Assembly (NCBI GenBank): GCA_963751215.1
Contig: CAVVTV010000025.1
Coordinates: 58,745 to 122,744 of the forward strand
From: an uncultured Thermoleophilia bacterium
Lineage (GTDB): Bacteria > Actinomycetota > Thermoleophilia > UBA2241
Direction: 5' to 3'
DNA length: 64,000 nucleotides
A program made the translations under genes and the position numbers. Below are positions 40,898 to 50,580 of this stretch, one piece after another. Under the pieces are notes generated by a model. That model was not told the DNA's origin and ran no database searches. It was given only the letters and a program-made list of their open reading frames with translations. Position 1 is the stretch's first letter; each line of letters begins with the position of its first letter.

Positions 40898-41260
40898 CTA
40901 CTCCGCCGGACGCTGCAAGTACGCGATGAGCGGTTCACGACGCCCGCCCATGATCTTCTCCACCACGGCGTCGAGAATGCCGCGTGCCACTTCTTCGTCG
41001 CTCACGACGGGCCGGTAGAGGTAGGCCGACTCCGACTTGTCTTGCTCGAGCAGCCCCTTGGCGGAGAGGTTGCGTAGCACGCTCATCACCGTGGTGTAGG
41101 CGATGCGCCGCTTCTCGCGCAGAGCCTCGTAGACGTCTCTCACAGTGACTTCGCCCTTGTCCCACACCACGCGCAGTACATCGGCCTCGAGCCAGCCGAG
41201 ACCGGTAAGATCGCGGCTGCGGTCGCGGCGCCGCCAGGCGGAAGAAGTATCGTCAGACAT
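40898..41260 (-). CDS. BlaI/MecI/CopY-family transcriptional repressor
   Basis: Trimmed to ATG 41260 with SD GGAGGT; ...LGWLEADVLRVVWDKGEVTVRDVYEALREKRRIAYTTVMSVLRNLSAKGLL...; its stop codon directly abuts the DGC stop (no intergenic base). Confidence 0.8.
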   Translation of the reverse strand: MSDDTSSAWRRRDRSRDLTGLGWLEADVLRVVWDKGEVTVRDVYEALREKRRIAYTTVMSVLRNLSAKGLLEQDKSESAYLYRPVVSDEEVARGILDAVVEKIMGGRREPLIAYLQRPAE

Positions 41261-41468
41261 CGCGGACCTCCGTCCGACTTCGAGAATGAATAGACACCTG
41301 AACCTTCTCGACGCTCCGCGGCGCAGTCGGGGCACCACGCCGCTGCTCGTCGCCGGACCGTCGACGCACATTGACTGACCGTTCAGGAGGAGAATGTACT
41401 CCGGGCGGCCTGGCGTTTGCAAGACGGCAAAACTCGGAGGCCCGGCATGGGTTCTCGCGCGCTTGCTC

Positions 41469-41825
41469 TCAGGCCCTGCCGAGCAGCACGCTGAGGCACA
41501 TGATGGCGAGCACGACCGCGGTAACGCCCACATAGCGACGCTCGCGCCCGCCGGCGAACGCGATCAGCGAGCCGGCCACGCGCACAAACGGCGTACCGAT
41601 GAGCACGATGAGGCCGAGCGACAGATAGGCGCCGGGGTCGAGCGCCACGAGCGCCCCGGGCAGATGGCCGACCGGTGTGAAGGCGCGCGGCAGGTGCACC
41701 CCGTGGACCACGCTGAGCAGCAGCCCCGCGGCCATGAGCACGACGCTGACCGCGAGGCCCCCGAGCAGTGCCCGGCGCACCGTGAGCTCCACGCGGTCCA
41801 TGGCGTGCGTGGGAACGCGGCTCAC
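41469..41825 (-). CDS. DUF1634-family small membrane protein
   Basis: 118 aa, 3 TM; ...GLIVLIGTPFVRVAGSLIAFA...; 4-nt overlap with the upstream TauE gene, the usual pairing. Confidence 0.7.
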   Translation of the reverse strand: MSRVPTHAMDRVELTVRRALLGGLAVSVVLMAAGLLLSVVHGVHLPRAFTPVGHLPGALVALDPGAYLSLGLIVLIGTPFVRVAGSLIAFAGGRERRYVGVTAVVLAIMCLSVLLGRA

Positions 41826-42631
41826 GCCACCACCCCCTGCGCTTGAAGCACCATGAGCACCGCGAACAGCGCCAGCACGATCTGAAAGATCAGACCCAGC
41901 GCGCGGGAGCTCAGACGATCGGCGATCCGCGGGCCGACCCTGGCGCCCACCAGGATGCCGAGCGCCGCCGGCACGGCCCAGTATGGATCGAGGTAGCCGC
42001 GACCGTAGTAGATGGCTGCCCCGGTGGCCGCCGTTACCCCGATCATGAGATTGCTGGTGGCGATGGTCGCCTTGAGCGGCACGCCCATGAGCAGGTTCAT
42101 GATGGGGACCTTGAAGGCTCCGCCGCCCACCCCGAGCAGGCCAGACACGTTGCCGGCCGCGAGGCTCAACACGAACCCGAGCCCCAGGCGACGCACGCGA
42201 TAGTCCACCTCACGCTGCGTGCTGCTATCGTAGTAGGTGGCCGGTAGCGCGCCGCTCTGGCTGGGCGCCACGTCCTGGCCGCGACGATTCATCTGCCACA
42301 CCACGTAGAAGAGCACGGCGGCGAAGCAGTATTCGAGCAGGCGACCGTCTACGAGAACCGCGGTGATACCGCCGGCCACCGCCCCGGCGGCCGTCGCCAT
42401 CTCGAGGAACATCCCCAACCTCACGTGAGTCATGCCCCGGCCCACGAAGACGGTCTGGGCCATCGACGACGTCGCGATCACACAGACGATGCTGGTAGCG
42501 ATCGCCGTCTTGATGGGGACGCCGAAGGCGAGGGTGAGCATGGGCACCATGATGATGCCCCCGCCAACCCCCAGCATGCTGCCGAACAGGCCGGCCAGCA
42601 CGGCGACCGCGATGAGGGCCACCAAGGTCAT
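41822..42631 (-). CDS. TauE/SafE (DUF81) family anion exporter
   Basis: Trimmed to ATG 42631 (MTLVALIAVAVLAGLFGSMLGVGGGIIMVPML...; second half ...GLLGVGGGAFKVPIMNLLMG...). Confidence 0.85.
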   Translation of the reverse strand: MTLVALIAVAVLAGLFGSMLGVGGGIIMVPMLTLAFGVPIKTAIATSIVCVIATSSMAQTVFVGRGMTHVRLGMFLEMATAAGAVAGGITAVLVDGRLLEYCFAAVLFYVVWQMNRRGQDVAPSQSGALPATYYDSSTQREVDYRVRRLGLGFVLSLAAGNVSGLLGVGGGAFKVPIMNLLMGVPLKATIATSNLMIGVTAATGAAIYYGRGYLDPYWAVPAALGILVGARVGPRIADRLSSRALGLIFQIVLALFAVLMVLQAQGVVA

Positions 42632-42638
42632 GGCCGCT

Positions 42639-42644
42639 ACTCTA
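42639..42644 (-). promoter_or_regulatory. Putative -10 box TAGAGT, 7 nt upstream of the TauE ATG (leaderless)
   Basis: Minus strand gcgtgTAGAGTagcggccATGacc. Confidence 0.4.
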
Positions 42645-42703
42645 CACGCAGCCGCCCGGGGCAAGGCGGGCAGGCCACGCGGCACGGCCGGCGTGGCCCT
42701 TCG

Positions 42704-43063
42704 TCAGTCGTCGCCGGCCGGAGGCCGGCGCAGCCTCTTCACGTCGCCGCGCTCCTTCTTGGCATTGAGGCGCCGTTCCACCGCCGCGCGCGAGGGCCTG
42801 GTGGCTCTGCGCGGCGCAGGCGGCGGTTCGGCGGCCTTGCGCAGCTTGATGCGCAGGCGGCGCAGCGCATCCATCTTGTTCAGGTACTGGCTGCGCTGCG
42901 CCCGGCAGGTGACGGTGAGCCCGGTGGGAAGGTGACGCAGCCGCACCGCGCTATCGGTGACGTTCTGGTGCTGACCGCCGGGTCCGCCCGCGCGGAAAGT
43001 CTCCACCTCGCACTGCGCGAGCAGGGCCGCGTCGCTCTCGGGGATGTCGATGGTGGGGCACAT
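42704..43063 (-). CDS. arfB: Peptidyl-tRNA hydrolase ArfB (GGQ, ribosome rescue)
   Basis: Trimmed to ATG 43063; [48 protein letters not shown]...RSQYLNK... plus basic C-terminal tail. Confidence 0.8.
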   Translation of the reverse strand: MCPTIDIPESDAALLAQCEVETFRAGGPGGQHQNVTDSAVRLRHLPTGLTVTCRAQRSQYLNKMDALRRLRIKLRKAAEPPPAPRRATRPSRAAVERRLNAKKERGDVKRLRRPPAGDD

Positions 43064-43144
43064 GTCGTGGCGGCGGAGGAGGAGCACACTCCGCCGCCGC
43101 AAGCGTACCACCAGCTCGCGCCGTCGGTGAGCCGCCGCTCCTGC

Positions 43145-43975
43145 TCAGGCCTCGAGCTCCGACGGGTCGTCGTCGGAGGGAGGCGGTGACTCGAAGTGCG
43201 AGTGCCGGTGAGGCATGTGCAGGTGGGGCTTGCCGCCGATGACGTCCCAGACGAGATGCTTGCGCTGCCGCCAGCGATGGTTCAGGCCTTCGTCGCGACG
43301 CCGCGCGCGTTCGAGCTTGACCGGGTTGCGGGCGTACTGGCTACGAGCCCACGGGGAGTGAGGCTTGGCCAGGCGCACGGCCCCAATCACGGCCACGGGC
43401 GGCACGAAGATGCCCACAGTACCCATGAACAACTTGCCTTTGAGGTAGCAGACCACGACGAACGCCGCGCCGCCGAGGATGAAGACAAACCCCACCCAGC
43501 GCGAGATCTCGATGTAGTCGCCCACCTCGCTGATGCCGCGCGGGAGAAGCCCGGTGAGCAGCAGGGTCATGAACGTGATGCCGAGGATGACCGCGTCGAT
43601 GGACGAGCGGCCCTCGCCCATCCAGTACACATCCTCCAGATGGAGGATGAGAGCGAACTCGTCGAGGGTGAGCGCCGCCCCCGAGCCGAACGCAAAGGCC
43701 AGGATCTCGACCCACGGGCTGTTCGGCTGCAGAGCGAACTGCAGAACGCCGGCGACCAGCATGCCTATGATGCCGAACACGAAGTGGTGGATGTGGAGCC
43801 CCCCGGGCGTGACGATGCTCCCGACGCCAAGGCCAGACTTGCCGCGAGCCCGCGTCACGCGCGTGTTGAGGCGCGCCACGGCGAAGGTGACGATGAAGCC
43901 CACGAGCAAGATGGCGAGCGGCCGCTTGGGGTCGTCGAAGATGTGGCCCGGGATTGTCGCAAGAAGCGCCTGCAT
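43145..43975 (-). CDS. Hypothetical polytopic membrane protein
   Basis: 276 aa, about 6 TM; ...GGLHIHHFVFGIIGML..., ...LTLDEFALILHLEDVYW...; His/Arg-rich C-terminus. Family not recognised. Confidence 0.6.
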   Translation of the reverse strand: MQALLATIPGHIFDDPKRPLAILLVGFIVTFAVARLNTRVTRARGKSGLGVGSIVTPGGLHIHHFVFGIIGMLVAGVLQFALQPNSPWVEILAFAFGSGAALTLDEFALILHLEDVYWMGEGRSSIDAVILGITFMTLLLTGLLPRGISEVGDYIEISRWVGFVFILGGAAFVVVCYLKGKLFMGTVGIFVPPVAVIGAVRLAKPHSPWARSQYARNPVKLERARRRDEGLNHRWRQRKHLVWDVIGGKPHLHMPHRHSHFESPPPSDDDPSELEA

Positions 43976-44028
43976 GGCACCTTCATTATCGGCCCAGGCG
44001 GGGGTTCACTACCACCCCGCCGCTCTGC

Positions 44029-44826
44029 TCAGAGCGCAAGAGCCTCCTCCAGGTCGAGGCTTTCACCGGGGTCGAGCAGCACCGTGCGTATGGCCGGCCG
44101 CAGTGCCTCGGCCTCGCGCATGAACACCAGAGGCGCGCGGCGGTGCACGTCGGGCCGCATGCGCATGAGCACGGTGCCGGGAAGGTGGTACGTGCCCCAA
44201 TGGATGGGAATCACAAGGCGCGGACGCAGCAGCTCCATGGCACGTACCGCATGCCTGGGGCTCATGTGCTTGAACTCGGGCAGCCAGGGCCCCAGACCGG
44301 CGATCGGTAGGAGGGCCACATCGAGGCCGTCCCATAGGTGGGCCATGCCGGGGAAGAGCCCGGTGTCGCCGGCGAAGTAGATGTCGCGGCCGGCCCCGCT
44401 GATCACGTAGCCGTTGCTCGCGGTGCGCCGCGCCAGCGGATGACGGGTGCCCCGGTGCTTGGCCGCGGTGGCCACCACGTCGAGCGCTCCCAGACGCAGG
44501 CTCTCGCCCGGCCCCATCTCGTGGACGTCACGAAACCCGTGCCAGGCCAGCGACCGGGCGCTACCCGGCGGGCCGATGATCGGCACCCCTTTGTCGAGCA
44601 GACGCAGGGAGGCGGGATCGTAGTGGTCGAGATGAAGATGGGAGATGAGCACCGCATCGAGGCCGGAGAGCGGGCCCAGATGCGGCTTGGGCGCGCGCCG
44701 CCAGAGGGGCCCGACCTGCTGGCGCAGCACGGGATCGGTGACGATCCGCCGACCGGCGAGCTCGATGAGCACGGTCGCGTGGCCGAAGAAGGTGACGGTG
44801 CCGTCCGCCTGAGCACGCTGAGCCAC
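44029..44826 (-). CDS. MBL-fold metallo-hydrolase
   Basis: 265 aa, GTG start; ...DAVLISHLHLDHYD..., ...YFAGDTG..., ...IPIHWGTY... Confidence 0.8.
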   Translation of the reverse strand: MAQRAQADGTVTFFGHATVLIELAGRRIVTDPVLRQQVGPLWRRAPKPHLGPLSGLDAVLISHLHLDHYDPASLRLLDKGVPIIGPPGSARSLAWHGFRDVHEMGPGESLRLGALDVVATAAKHRGTRHPLARRTASNGYVISGAGRDIYFAGDTGLFPGMAHLWDGLDVALLPIAGLGPWLPEFKHMSPRHAVRAMELLRPRLVIPIHWGTYHLPGTVLMRMRPDVHRRAPLVFMREAEALRPAIRTVLLDPGESLDLEEALAL

Positions 44827-44838
44827 CCTGAAGGCCCC

Positions 44839-45372
44839 CTAGCCCGCAAACGGTCCGCGGGAGCGCCGCAGGGGCACGATGCGCGCGCTCAGACCGTTCT
44901 CTACGGTCTCGACCACGACCACGGTGGGGTCGTCGTCTTCTTCGTCGGGCGACGAAGCGGTACCCGGGTTTAGGTAGAGCGTTCCATCGGCCCACTCCGC
45001 CACCGTCGCATGCTCGTGCCCGAACACGATGAGATCGGGGGCTTTCCTCTTCGGCACGCCTTCGATCTTGCCCTGCGCCAGACGATTGAGCAGGCGCTTG
45101 CGCTTGTGGCCGACGACGAAGCTCACACCGGCCACCTCCCCGGCCACCTCTCGGGGAAGCTGCGCCAGCTCACCGCCGTCGAGGTTGCCGGCGACGGCGG
45201 TGACCGGCGCGATCTTGCCCAGTGTGACGAGCTCGTCTGGATCCATGATGTCGACCGCGTGAATGATGTGGTCGACCCCCGCGAACACGGCCGGCACCCG
45301 AACGTCAAGATAGCCGTGGATGTCTGAGATAACGCCGATACGAACGCCCCCTCCGGGGACCTTCTTCGCCAT
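44839..45372 (-). CDS. Metallophosphoesterase (YfcE/MJ0936-like)
   Basis: 177 aa, SD GGGAGG; ...RIGVISDIHGY..., ...VAGNLD..., ...IVFGHEHA..., ...LNPGTAS... Confidence 0.8.
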   Translation of the reverse strand: MAKKVPGGGVRIGVISDIHGYLDVRVPAVFAGVDHIIHAVDIMDPDELVTLGKIAPVTAVAGNLDGGELAQLPREVAGEVAGVSFVVGHKRKRLLNRLAQGKIEGVPKRKAPDLIVFGHEHATVAEWADGTLYLNPGTASSPDEEDDDPTVVVVETVENGLSARIVPLRRSRGPFAG

Positions 45373-45557
45373 GTGTCCTCCCTAACTCAGCGCGCCGTAC
45401 ATGTGCCGGCACACATGACCATTTCCTCGTCCGGCCAGGTTCACACCAAGCCGGGCGGATCATCGTGTGGCCATCTCCGCCGGGTCACGCGGTTACTGCC
45501 GCGGGTCAGCGGGCAGGTTCAGCCCACCATACGTCAGTCGCATGAGGGAGTGCCCAC

Positions 45558-46931
45558 ATGGCCGCCTCGGACCCGCGGAGCCACGTGCCGCCCGAGCAGC
45601 GCACAGTCGAAGGCCGGGAATGCCGCAAGATGGTCCCCCGCGGCTCGCACGGGGGCTGGGCGCCGGCCGCCGACCGGCCCGACCCGATCGCCCTGCTCAG
45701 GGCCTACGACGCCGACCGCGAGCCCGGCCTCGTGGCAGTGCGCTGGGGGCGCATGGCGGCCACACCGTTCACCTTCTTACGTGGCGCGGCGGCCTTGATG
45801 GCCGCCGACCTGGCCCCTTTGCCACGCACTGGCCTCACGGTGCAGCTCTGCGGCGACGCGCACCTCGCCAACTTCGGCCTCTATGGTTCACCCGAGCGCG
45901 AGCTGCTGTTCGACGTGACCGACTTCGACGAGACGCTGCCGGGGCCCTTCGAATGGGACGTGAAGCGGCTCGCCGCCAGCTTCGTCGTGGCCAGCCGCAG
46001 CAACGGCTTCAGCGATCGCACGAGCCACGCGGCGGCTCTTGCCATGGTGCGCTCCTACCGCACGCACATGGCCGAGTACGCTGAGATGGGCGAGCAGGAC
46101 GCGTGGCACTCAGACGTGAGGGCCGACGATCTGCTGACCATGGTCAAGCCCACCAAGGGCAGGCTGGCCAAGCTGGCCGCCAGAGGGATCGCCAAGGCCC
46201 GCAGCTCCGGCAGTCTGCGGGCCGCCGCCAAGATGACCGAGGTGGTCGATGGGCGGCGCCGCATCGTCGATCAACCTCCGCTGATCGTCCATCTCAAGGA
46301 GATCGGCGAGCCTGCCATCGCCGGCGGCCTCTTCACTCAGTACGCGCACACCCTGGAGGACGACCGTCGGGTGCTGGTGGAGCGCTACGACGTGATCGAC
46401 GAGGCCCGCAAGGTGGTCGGCGTGGGCAGCGTGGGCACGCGCTGCTTCATGGTCCTCATGCGCGGGCGCGACGACGACGACCTCCTTCTCCTGCAGATGA
46501 AGGAGGCGCGGCAGTCGGTTCTGGAGCCCTATCTGGGCAGGAGCCGCTTCACTCACGCAGGCCACCGGGTGGTGGCCGGGCAGCGCATCACGCAGGCCGC
46601 CAGCGACATCTTCCTGGGGTGGATGACGGGGCCGGGCGGGCGGCACTTCTACTGGCGCCAGCTGCGCGACATGAAGGGTGCCCTGGAGGTCGAGTACATG
46701 CCGCCCGCCGGTCTCGAGGTGTACGCCGAGGTCTGCGGCTGGGCACTGGCTCGCGGGCACGCGCGCTCCGGCCAGCGTATCGCGATCGCCGCGTATCTGG
46801 GCTCCGGTGCGCGCTTCGACACGGCGGTAGCCGCCTTCGCGAAGGACTACGCCGATCAGACCGAGAACGACCACGCCAGGCTGATCAAAGCCATCGAGAA
46901 GGGGGAGATCGCGGCGGAGGCCGGAGTGTGA
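45558..46931 (+). CDS. DUF2252-family protein
   Basis: 457 aa, SD GAGGGAG; ...TPFTFLRGAAALMAAD..., ...CGDAHLANFG..., ...FDVTDFDETLPGPFEWDVKRLAASF... as I recall for DUF2252. Confidence 0.75.
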   Translation: MAASDPRSHVPPEQRTVEGRECRKMVPRGSHGGWAPAADRPDPIALLRAYDADREPGLVAVRWGRMAATPFTFLRGAAALMAADLAPLPRTGLTVQLCGDAHLANFGLYGSPERELLFDVTDFDETLPGPFEWDVKRLAASFVVASRSNGFSDRTSHAAALAMVRSYRTHMAEYAEMGEQDAWHSDVRADDLLTMVKPTKGRLAKLAARGIAKARSSGSLRAAAKMTEVVDGRRRIVDQPPLIVHLKEIGEPAIAGGLFTQYAHTLEDDRRVLVERYDVIDEARKVVGVGSVGTRCFMVLMRGRDDDDLLLLQMKEARQSVLEPYLGRSRFTHAGHRVVAGQRITQAASDIFLGWMTGPGGRHFYWRQLRDMKGALEVEYMPPAGLEVYAEVCGWALARGHARSGQRIAIAAYLGSGARFDTAVAAFAKDYADQTENDHARLIKAIEKGEIAAEAGV

Positions 46932-46986
46932 TGGCACCGGTCCGGGAAGACTGAAAGCCGAGCCGGGCAACGGCGACAGGAGAGCG

Positions 46987-47364
46987 GTGGTGGCCATCAG
47001 CCGTGAGATCCGCGTAGCGGCACCCCTCGCAGACGTGAGCGCCCGCTGGAAGCACTTCATCGATTGGGTCCTGGTCGGCAGCAGCAGGATGGTCTGTGAC
47101 GAGCTCGCGTGCCTCAACGCGGTCGACACCGGCAAGGTCACGTTCTCACCCGACGGCGGCGAGGCCACGCGCGTTGTGTTCACCCTCGAGGTCTCGGACG
47201 ACGTGTCTGACGCCCAGCGCACCGAGGCCCAGCACCACATCGACCACGACCTGGTCGCCTTCAAGGAGTACATCGAGCGCCCTGAGACGTCCGGCGGCGC
47301 AACGCCTACCAAGCCGGACAGCGAGAACGGCGCCGCCTTCTGGCGCCATCAATTTCCCGGCTGA
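46987..47364 (+). CDS. Hypothetical protein, possibly SRPBCC (cyclase/dehydrase)-like
   Basis: 125 aa, SD AGGAGAG; MVAISREIRVAAPLADVSARWKHFIDWV... resembles the start of SRPBCC proteins. Weak assignment. Confidence 0.45.
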   Translation: MVAISREIRVAAPLADVSARWKHFIDWVLVGSSRMVCDELACLNAVDTGKVTFSPDGGEATRVVFTLEVSDDVSDAQRTEAQHHIDHDLVAFKEYIERPETSGGATPTKPDSENGAAFWRHQFPG

Positions 47365-47445
47365 CGCCCGCCGGACGGCTTCCCCAGTGGGATAGATGGA
47401 CCGCCCTGGGTGGAATACACCGAACAGGCGCAGAGGAGGCTCGTG

Positions 47446-47619
47446 ATGGACGCCCCGTATTATCGCTGTGAAGACTGCGGACACGAGTTCGCAAAGACCG
47501 AGTTCATGCCGGACATAGAGGATGACGCGATGGTCGAATGTCCCGAGTGTGGCGGCCTCGATATCGAGCTGGTGGACAAGTCCTCGGTCGGTGATTCTGA
47601 GTCCGAGGCGGCGGCCTGA
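47446..47619 (+). CDS. Small zinc-ribbon protein (CxxC-x22-CxxC) with acidic tail
   Basis: Trimmed to ATG 47446 with SD AGGAGG 6 nt upstream; MDAPYYRCEDCGHEFAKTEFMPDIEDDAMVECPECGGLDIELV... Confidence 0.55.
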   Translation: MDAPYYRCEDCGHEFAKTEFMPDIEDDAMVECPECGGLDIELVDKSSVGDSESEAAA

Positions 47620-47628
47620 GCCACCCCG

Positions 47629-48558
47629 CTAGCCCTCCGCCGACCAAGTGCGCCGCGTGCGCGCCCACTCGCCGTCGTCTCGCCATACGAACTCGTCTCG
47701 CTGCAGGTCCTGCAGGGCGAGCATGAGCTCCTCGCGAGTGTTCATGACGAACGGGCCGTAGCGGGCGATGGGCTCGCCCAGCGGGCGCCCGCTCATGAGC
47801 AGAAAGCGCACGGCGCGATCGTGAGTCTGCACACGCACCTCGTCGCCGTCGTCGAAGACGGCCAGACAGCGCGCCGCGAGAAGCTGGCCGTCGAGATCGC
47901 CCCGGTACCCCAGATCACAGCCCACCCCGAACTGACCTTCGCCCTCGAACACGTAGGCCATGCCGGCGTGACCACGCGGCACGGGCTGCGTGAAGCTCAC
48001 CCCGGCGGGTAACGACACATCGAGGTACTCCGGGTCGGCGTAGATCTCCGTGACGGCGCCATCCGATCCATCCACGTGGCCCGCGATTACGCGGATCACG
48101 GTGCCGTCGTCGCGCCGCACCTCGGGAACCACGGCTGCGCTCACATCCTGGTACCGCGGCTTGGTCATCTTGAGCTCCGCCGGCAGGTTCACCCAGAGCT
48201 GAAAGCCACCCATACGCCCGTCACGCGGGCGCGGCATCTCCTCGTGCATGATGCCACCGCCGGCGGTCATCCACTGCACGTCCCCGGCCCCGATAACGCC
48301 GGCGTTACCGATGCTGTCGCGATGATCGACCTCGCCGGCAAGCATATACGTGACCGTCTCGATGCCGCGATGCGGGTGCCAGGGAAAGCCGGCCAGGTAG
48401 TCGGCCGGGTCGTCGCTCTGAAAGTGATCGAACAGGAGGAATGGATCCACGTAGTTGAGCGTCGCCGTGGCGATGCTGCGCCGCAAGCGCACCCCGGCCC
48501 CCTCGATCACCGGCGTGGGCTCGATCACGCGCGTGACCGCGCGCGCTTTGTCGGCCAT
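47629..48558 (-). CDS. Pirin-family protein
   Basis: Trimmed to ATG 48558 with SD GGAAGGAG; ...PFLLFDHF...GFPWHPHRGIETVTYMLAGEVDHRDS...VQWMTAGGGIMHEE... Confidence 0.9.
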   Translation of the reverse strand: MADKARAVTRVIEPTPVIEGAGVRLRRSIATATLNYVDPFLLFDHFQSDDPADYLAGFPWHPHRGIETVTYMLAGEVDHRDSIGNAGVIGAGDVQWMTAGGGIMHEEMPRPRDGRMGGFQLWVNLPAELKMTKPRYQDVSAAVVPEVRRDDGTVIRVIAGHVDGSDGAVTEIYADPEYLDVSLPAGVSFTQPVPRGHAGMAYVFEGEGQFGVGCDLGYRGDLDGQLLAARCLAVFDDGDEVRVQTHDRAVRFLLMSGRPLGEPIARYGPFVMNTREELMLALQDLQRDEFVWRDDGEWARTRRTWSAEG

Positions 48559-48704
48559 TGGAGGGCTCCTTCCGTCGCTTGCCGTCGTCCCGGTAGTTCC
48601 CGCGCCGAGAACGGCGAAACGGTTGGCCGGCGGCGCTGATACCATCAGAGACGAAGCCACAGGCGCGCGACCCGCGAGGAAGGAGACCCACGAGCACACC
48701 CGGC

Positions 48705-49991
48705 ATGGCGACGCGCATCGCCACCGAGCTACGCACGCTCCCGCGGCAGTTCTGGCTGCTGGCCGCGGGCACCTTCGTGTACCTCGTCGGCATCGAGATG
48801 GCCTATCCCTTCGAGACCATCTACCTCAACCAGCGCCTGCACGTGCCCATGACCGACGTCGGCCTCATCCTGGGGATCACCTTGCTGGCGGCGCTGCCCA
48901 TGCAGGTGATCGGCGGCGCGGTGGCCGACCGCTACGGGCGCCGGCCGCTGCTCATAGTCGCGATCTGCGGCAGCATGGTGCTCTACGTGGGGCTGGGTCT
49001 CACGCGCCAGCTCTGGCTGATCGTTGCTTTGATCGCCATCGAGGCGGCGTTCGGGTGGGCGCAGTACATCACGGCCAGCAACGCCATAGTGGCCGATCTC
49101 ACACCGTTCGAGCAGCGCGCCGATGCCTTCAGTATCACCCGCGTCGCGCTCAACGCCGGTACGGTGCTCGGACCCTTGCTCGCGGTTCCGCTCATCAGCC
49201 TCGACGTCAGCTTTCATCTCACGTTCGTGGTCGCGGGCGTGGTGTGCGGAGGCTTCTTGGTGATGGTGATCTTCCTCTTCAAAGAGACGCGGCCGGCAGT
49301 GGCCCGTACCAGGTCGACGGCGACGGCCGTTCTCGGCTACGGGCAGGTGCTGCGCGATCGGCGCATGCTCGCCTTCTGCCTCGTCGCGCTGCTGCCGCTC
49401 TACGGATTCGGCCAGGTCTGGGTGACCATGCCGATCATGCTCGAAGACCTGCATGGCGTCTCGCCACAAACCTGGGGGATCGTGGTCGCGGTCTACGCCG
49501 CCGCCACGGCTCTCCTGCAGTACCCGGTGATCAAGGTCCTCGGTCGCTACGATCACATGCTGCTCATGGCGCTCTCGAGCCTGAGCATAGGCATCGGCAT
49601 GGGCGGCGCGGCGCTGGCGCCGTGGCCTCTCACGTTCGTCTTCGTCGTCATGCAGAGCTTTGGCATCGCGTTGCTGATCCCGATCGCGGCCACTGTGGTC
49701 TCGCGGCTCGCCCCGACGGCGCTGCGCGGCCGCTACATGGGTGCCTGGACACTGGTGTACATAGGCGGCTACGCGCTCGGGCCGCTGCTGGGCGGCTGGA
49801 CGCTGGAAACCCTGGGCGGGCGCGGGGCGTTCCTGGTGATCGCCGTGGCCGGGCTGGCCGGCGGCGCGCTCTTCCCGCTCTTGCGGGAGCGCGCCGGCGT
49901 ACGCCCCGGCCACCCGCCCGGCGAGCCCGGCGAGCAGACGTCCGCGCCCGACCGCCGGCTGCGCGGAGAGCGGCCCGAACAGGCCCTGTAG
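48705..49991 (+). CDS. MFS transporter
   Basis: 428 aa, 12 TM; ...GGAVADRYGRRPLL... (MFS loop 2-3 motif). Confidence 0.85.
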   Translation: MATRIATELRTLPRQFWLLAAGTFVYLVGIEMAYPFETIYLNQRLHVPMTDVGLILGITLLAALPMQVIGGAVADRYGRRPLLIVAICGSMVLYVGLGLTRQLWLIVALIAIEAAFGWAQYITASNAIVADLTPFEQRADAFSITRVALNAGTVLGPLLAVPLISLDVSFHLTFVVAGVVCGGFLVMVIFLFKETRPAVARTRSTATAVLGYGQVLRDRRMLAFCLVALLPLYGFGQVWVTMPIMLEDLHGVSPQTWGIVVAVYAAATALLQYPVIKVLGRYDHMLLMALSSLSIGIGMGGAALAPWPLTFVFVVMQSFGIALLIPIAATVVSRLAPTALRGRYMGAWTLVYIGGYALGPLLGGWTLETLGGRGAFLVIAVAGLAGGALFPLLRERAGVRPGHPPGEPGEQTSAPDRRLRGERPEQAL

Positions 49992-50010
49992 CCGGCCCGC
50001 GGCGCGGCTT

Positions 50011-50538
50011 TCAGGCTCTTCGCGTGTGCGCCAGCACGGTGACCGCCGTGGCGATGAACACGCATGAGGCCAGCACGGGCTGCCACACCGGCGCCCACCA
50101 TTCACGAGGGATCAGGAAGAGCAGGTCATTGGTGCCCAGCGACGCCGGCCAGCGCAGCAGCACGTACAGCCACACATAGTAGAAGATGTCCCACACGCCG
50201 AACGCCAGCAGCCAGTAGGCGAAGCGCTGCCACCACGTGCGCCCCGCCACCCAGGCGATGCCCAGCAGCATCACCATGGTGGCGCCTTCGCGGGCTTGCT
50301 CGTACACCAGGTAGCTGTGCGGGAAGCGAAAGCCGGCCGGCGTGAACACCAAACCCGACTGCAGCGCGAAGAGCCGCCGCAAGTAGAAGACCACCATGGC
50401 TTCAACCAGGGCGAACGCGACCGCCCACACGGCGACCCCGGCAAGACGCGGCCATGGCGAGGCCCCGGGCGGCGCGGCCGCCGAGCGTCTCGCGGAGAGC
50501 TGTTCTCGTAAGATGTCCATCTCTGGGCCTTGACGCAT
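50011..50538 (-). CDS. Hypothetical Trp-rich membrane protein (4-5 TM) downstream of the PlsA/Ger-like gene
   Basis: 175-aa ORF 42 nt after the giant gene stop, same strand; ...WWQRFAYWLLAFGVWDIFYYVWLYVLLRWP... Start ATG 50538 or ATG 50520. Confidence 0.55.
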   Translation of the reverse strand: MRQGPEMDILREQLSARRSAAAPPGASPWPRLAGVAVWAVAFALVEAMVVFYLRRLFALQSGLVFTPAGFRFPHSYLVYEQAREGATMVMLLGIAWVAGRTWWQRFAYWLLAFGVWDIFYYVWLYVLLRWPASLGTNDLLFLIPREWWAPVWQPVLASCVFIATAVTVLAHTRRA

Positions 50539-50580
50539 GATACGCGCCCTCCGTCCGGCGGCCCACCCTCGCCGCTGCCC

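Noticed and set aside
40898-41260. A beta-lactam sensing blaI-blaR1 module.
   Set aside because: No BlaR1/MecR1 (M56 peptidase) gene or beta-lactamase is adjacent. BlaI/CopY-family repressors occur in other contexts, so only the family call is kept.
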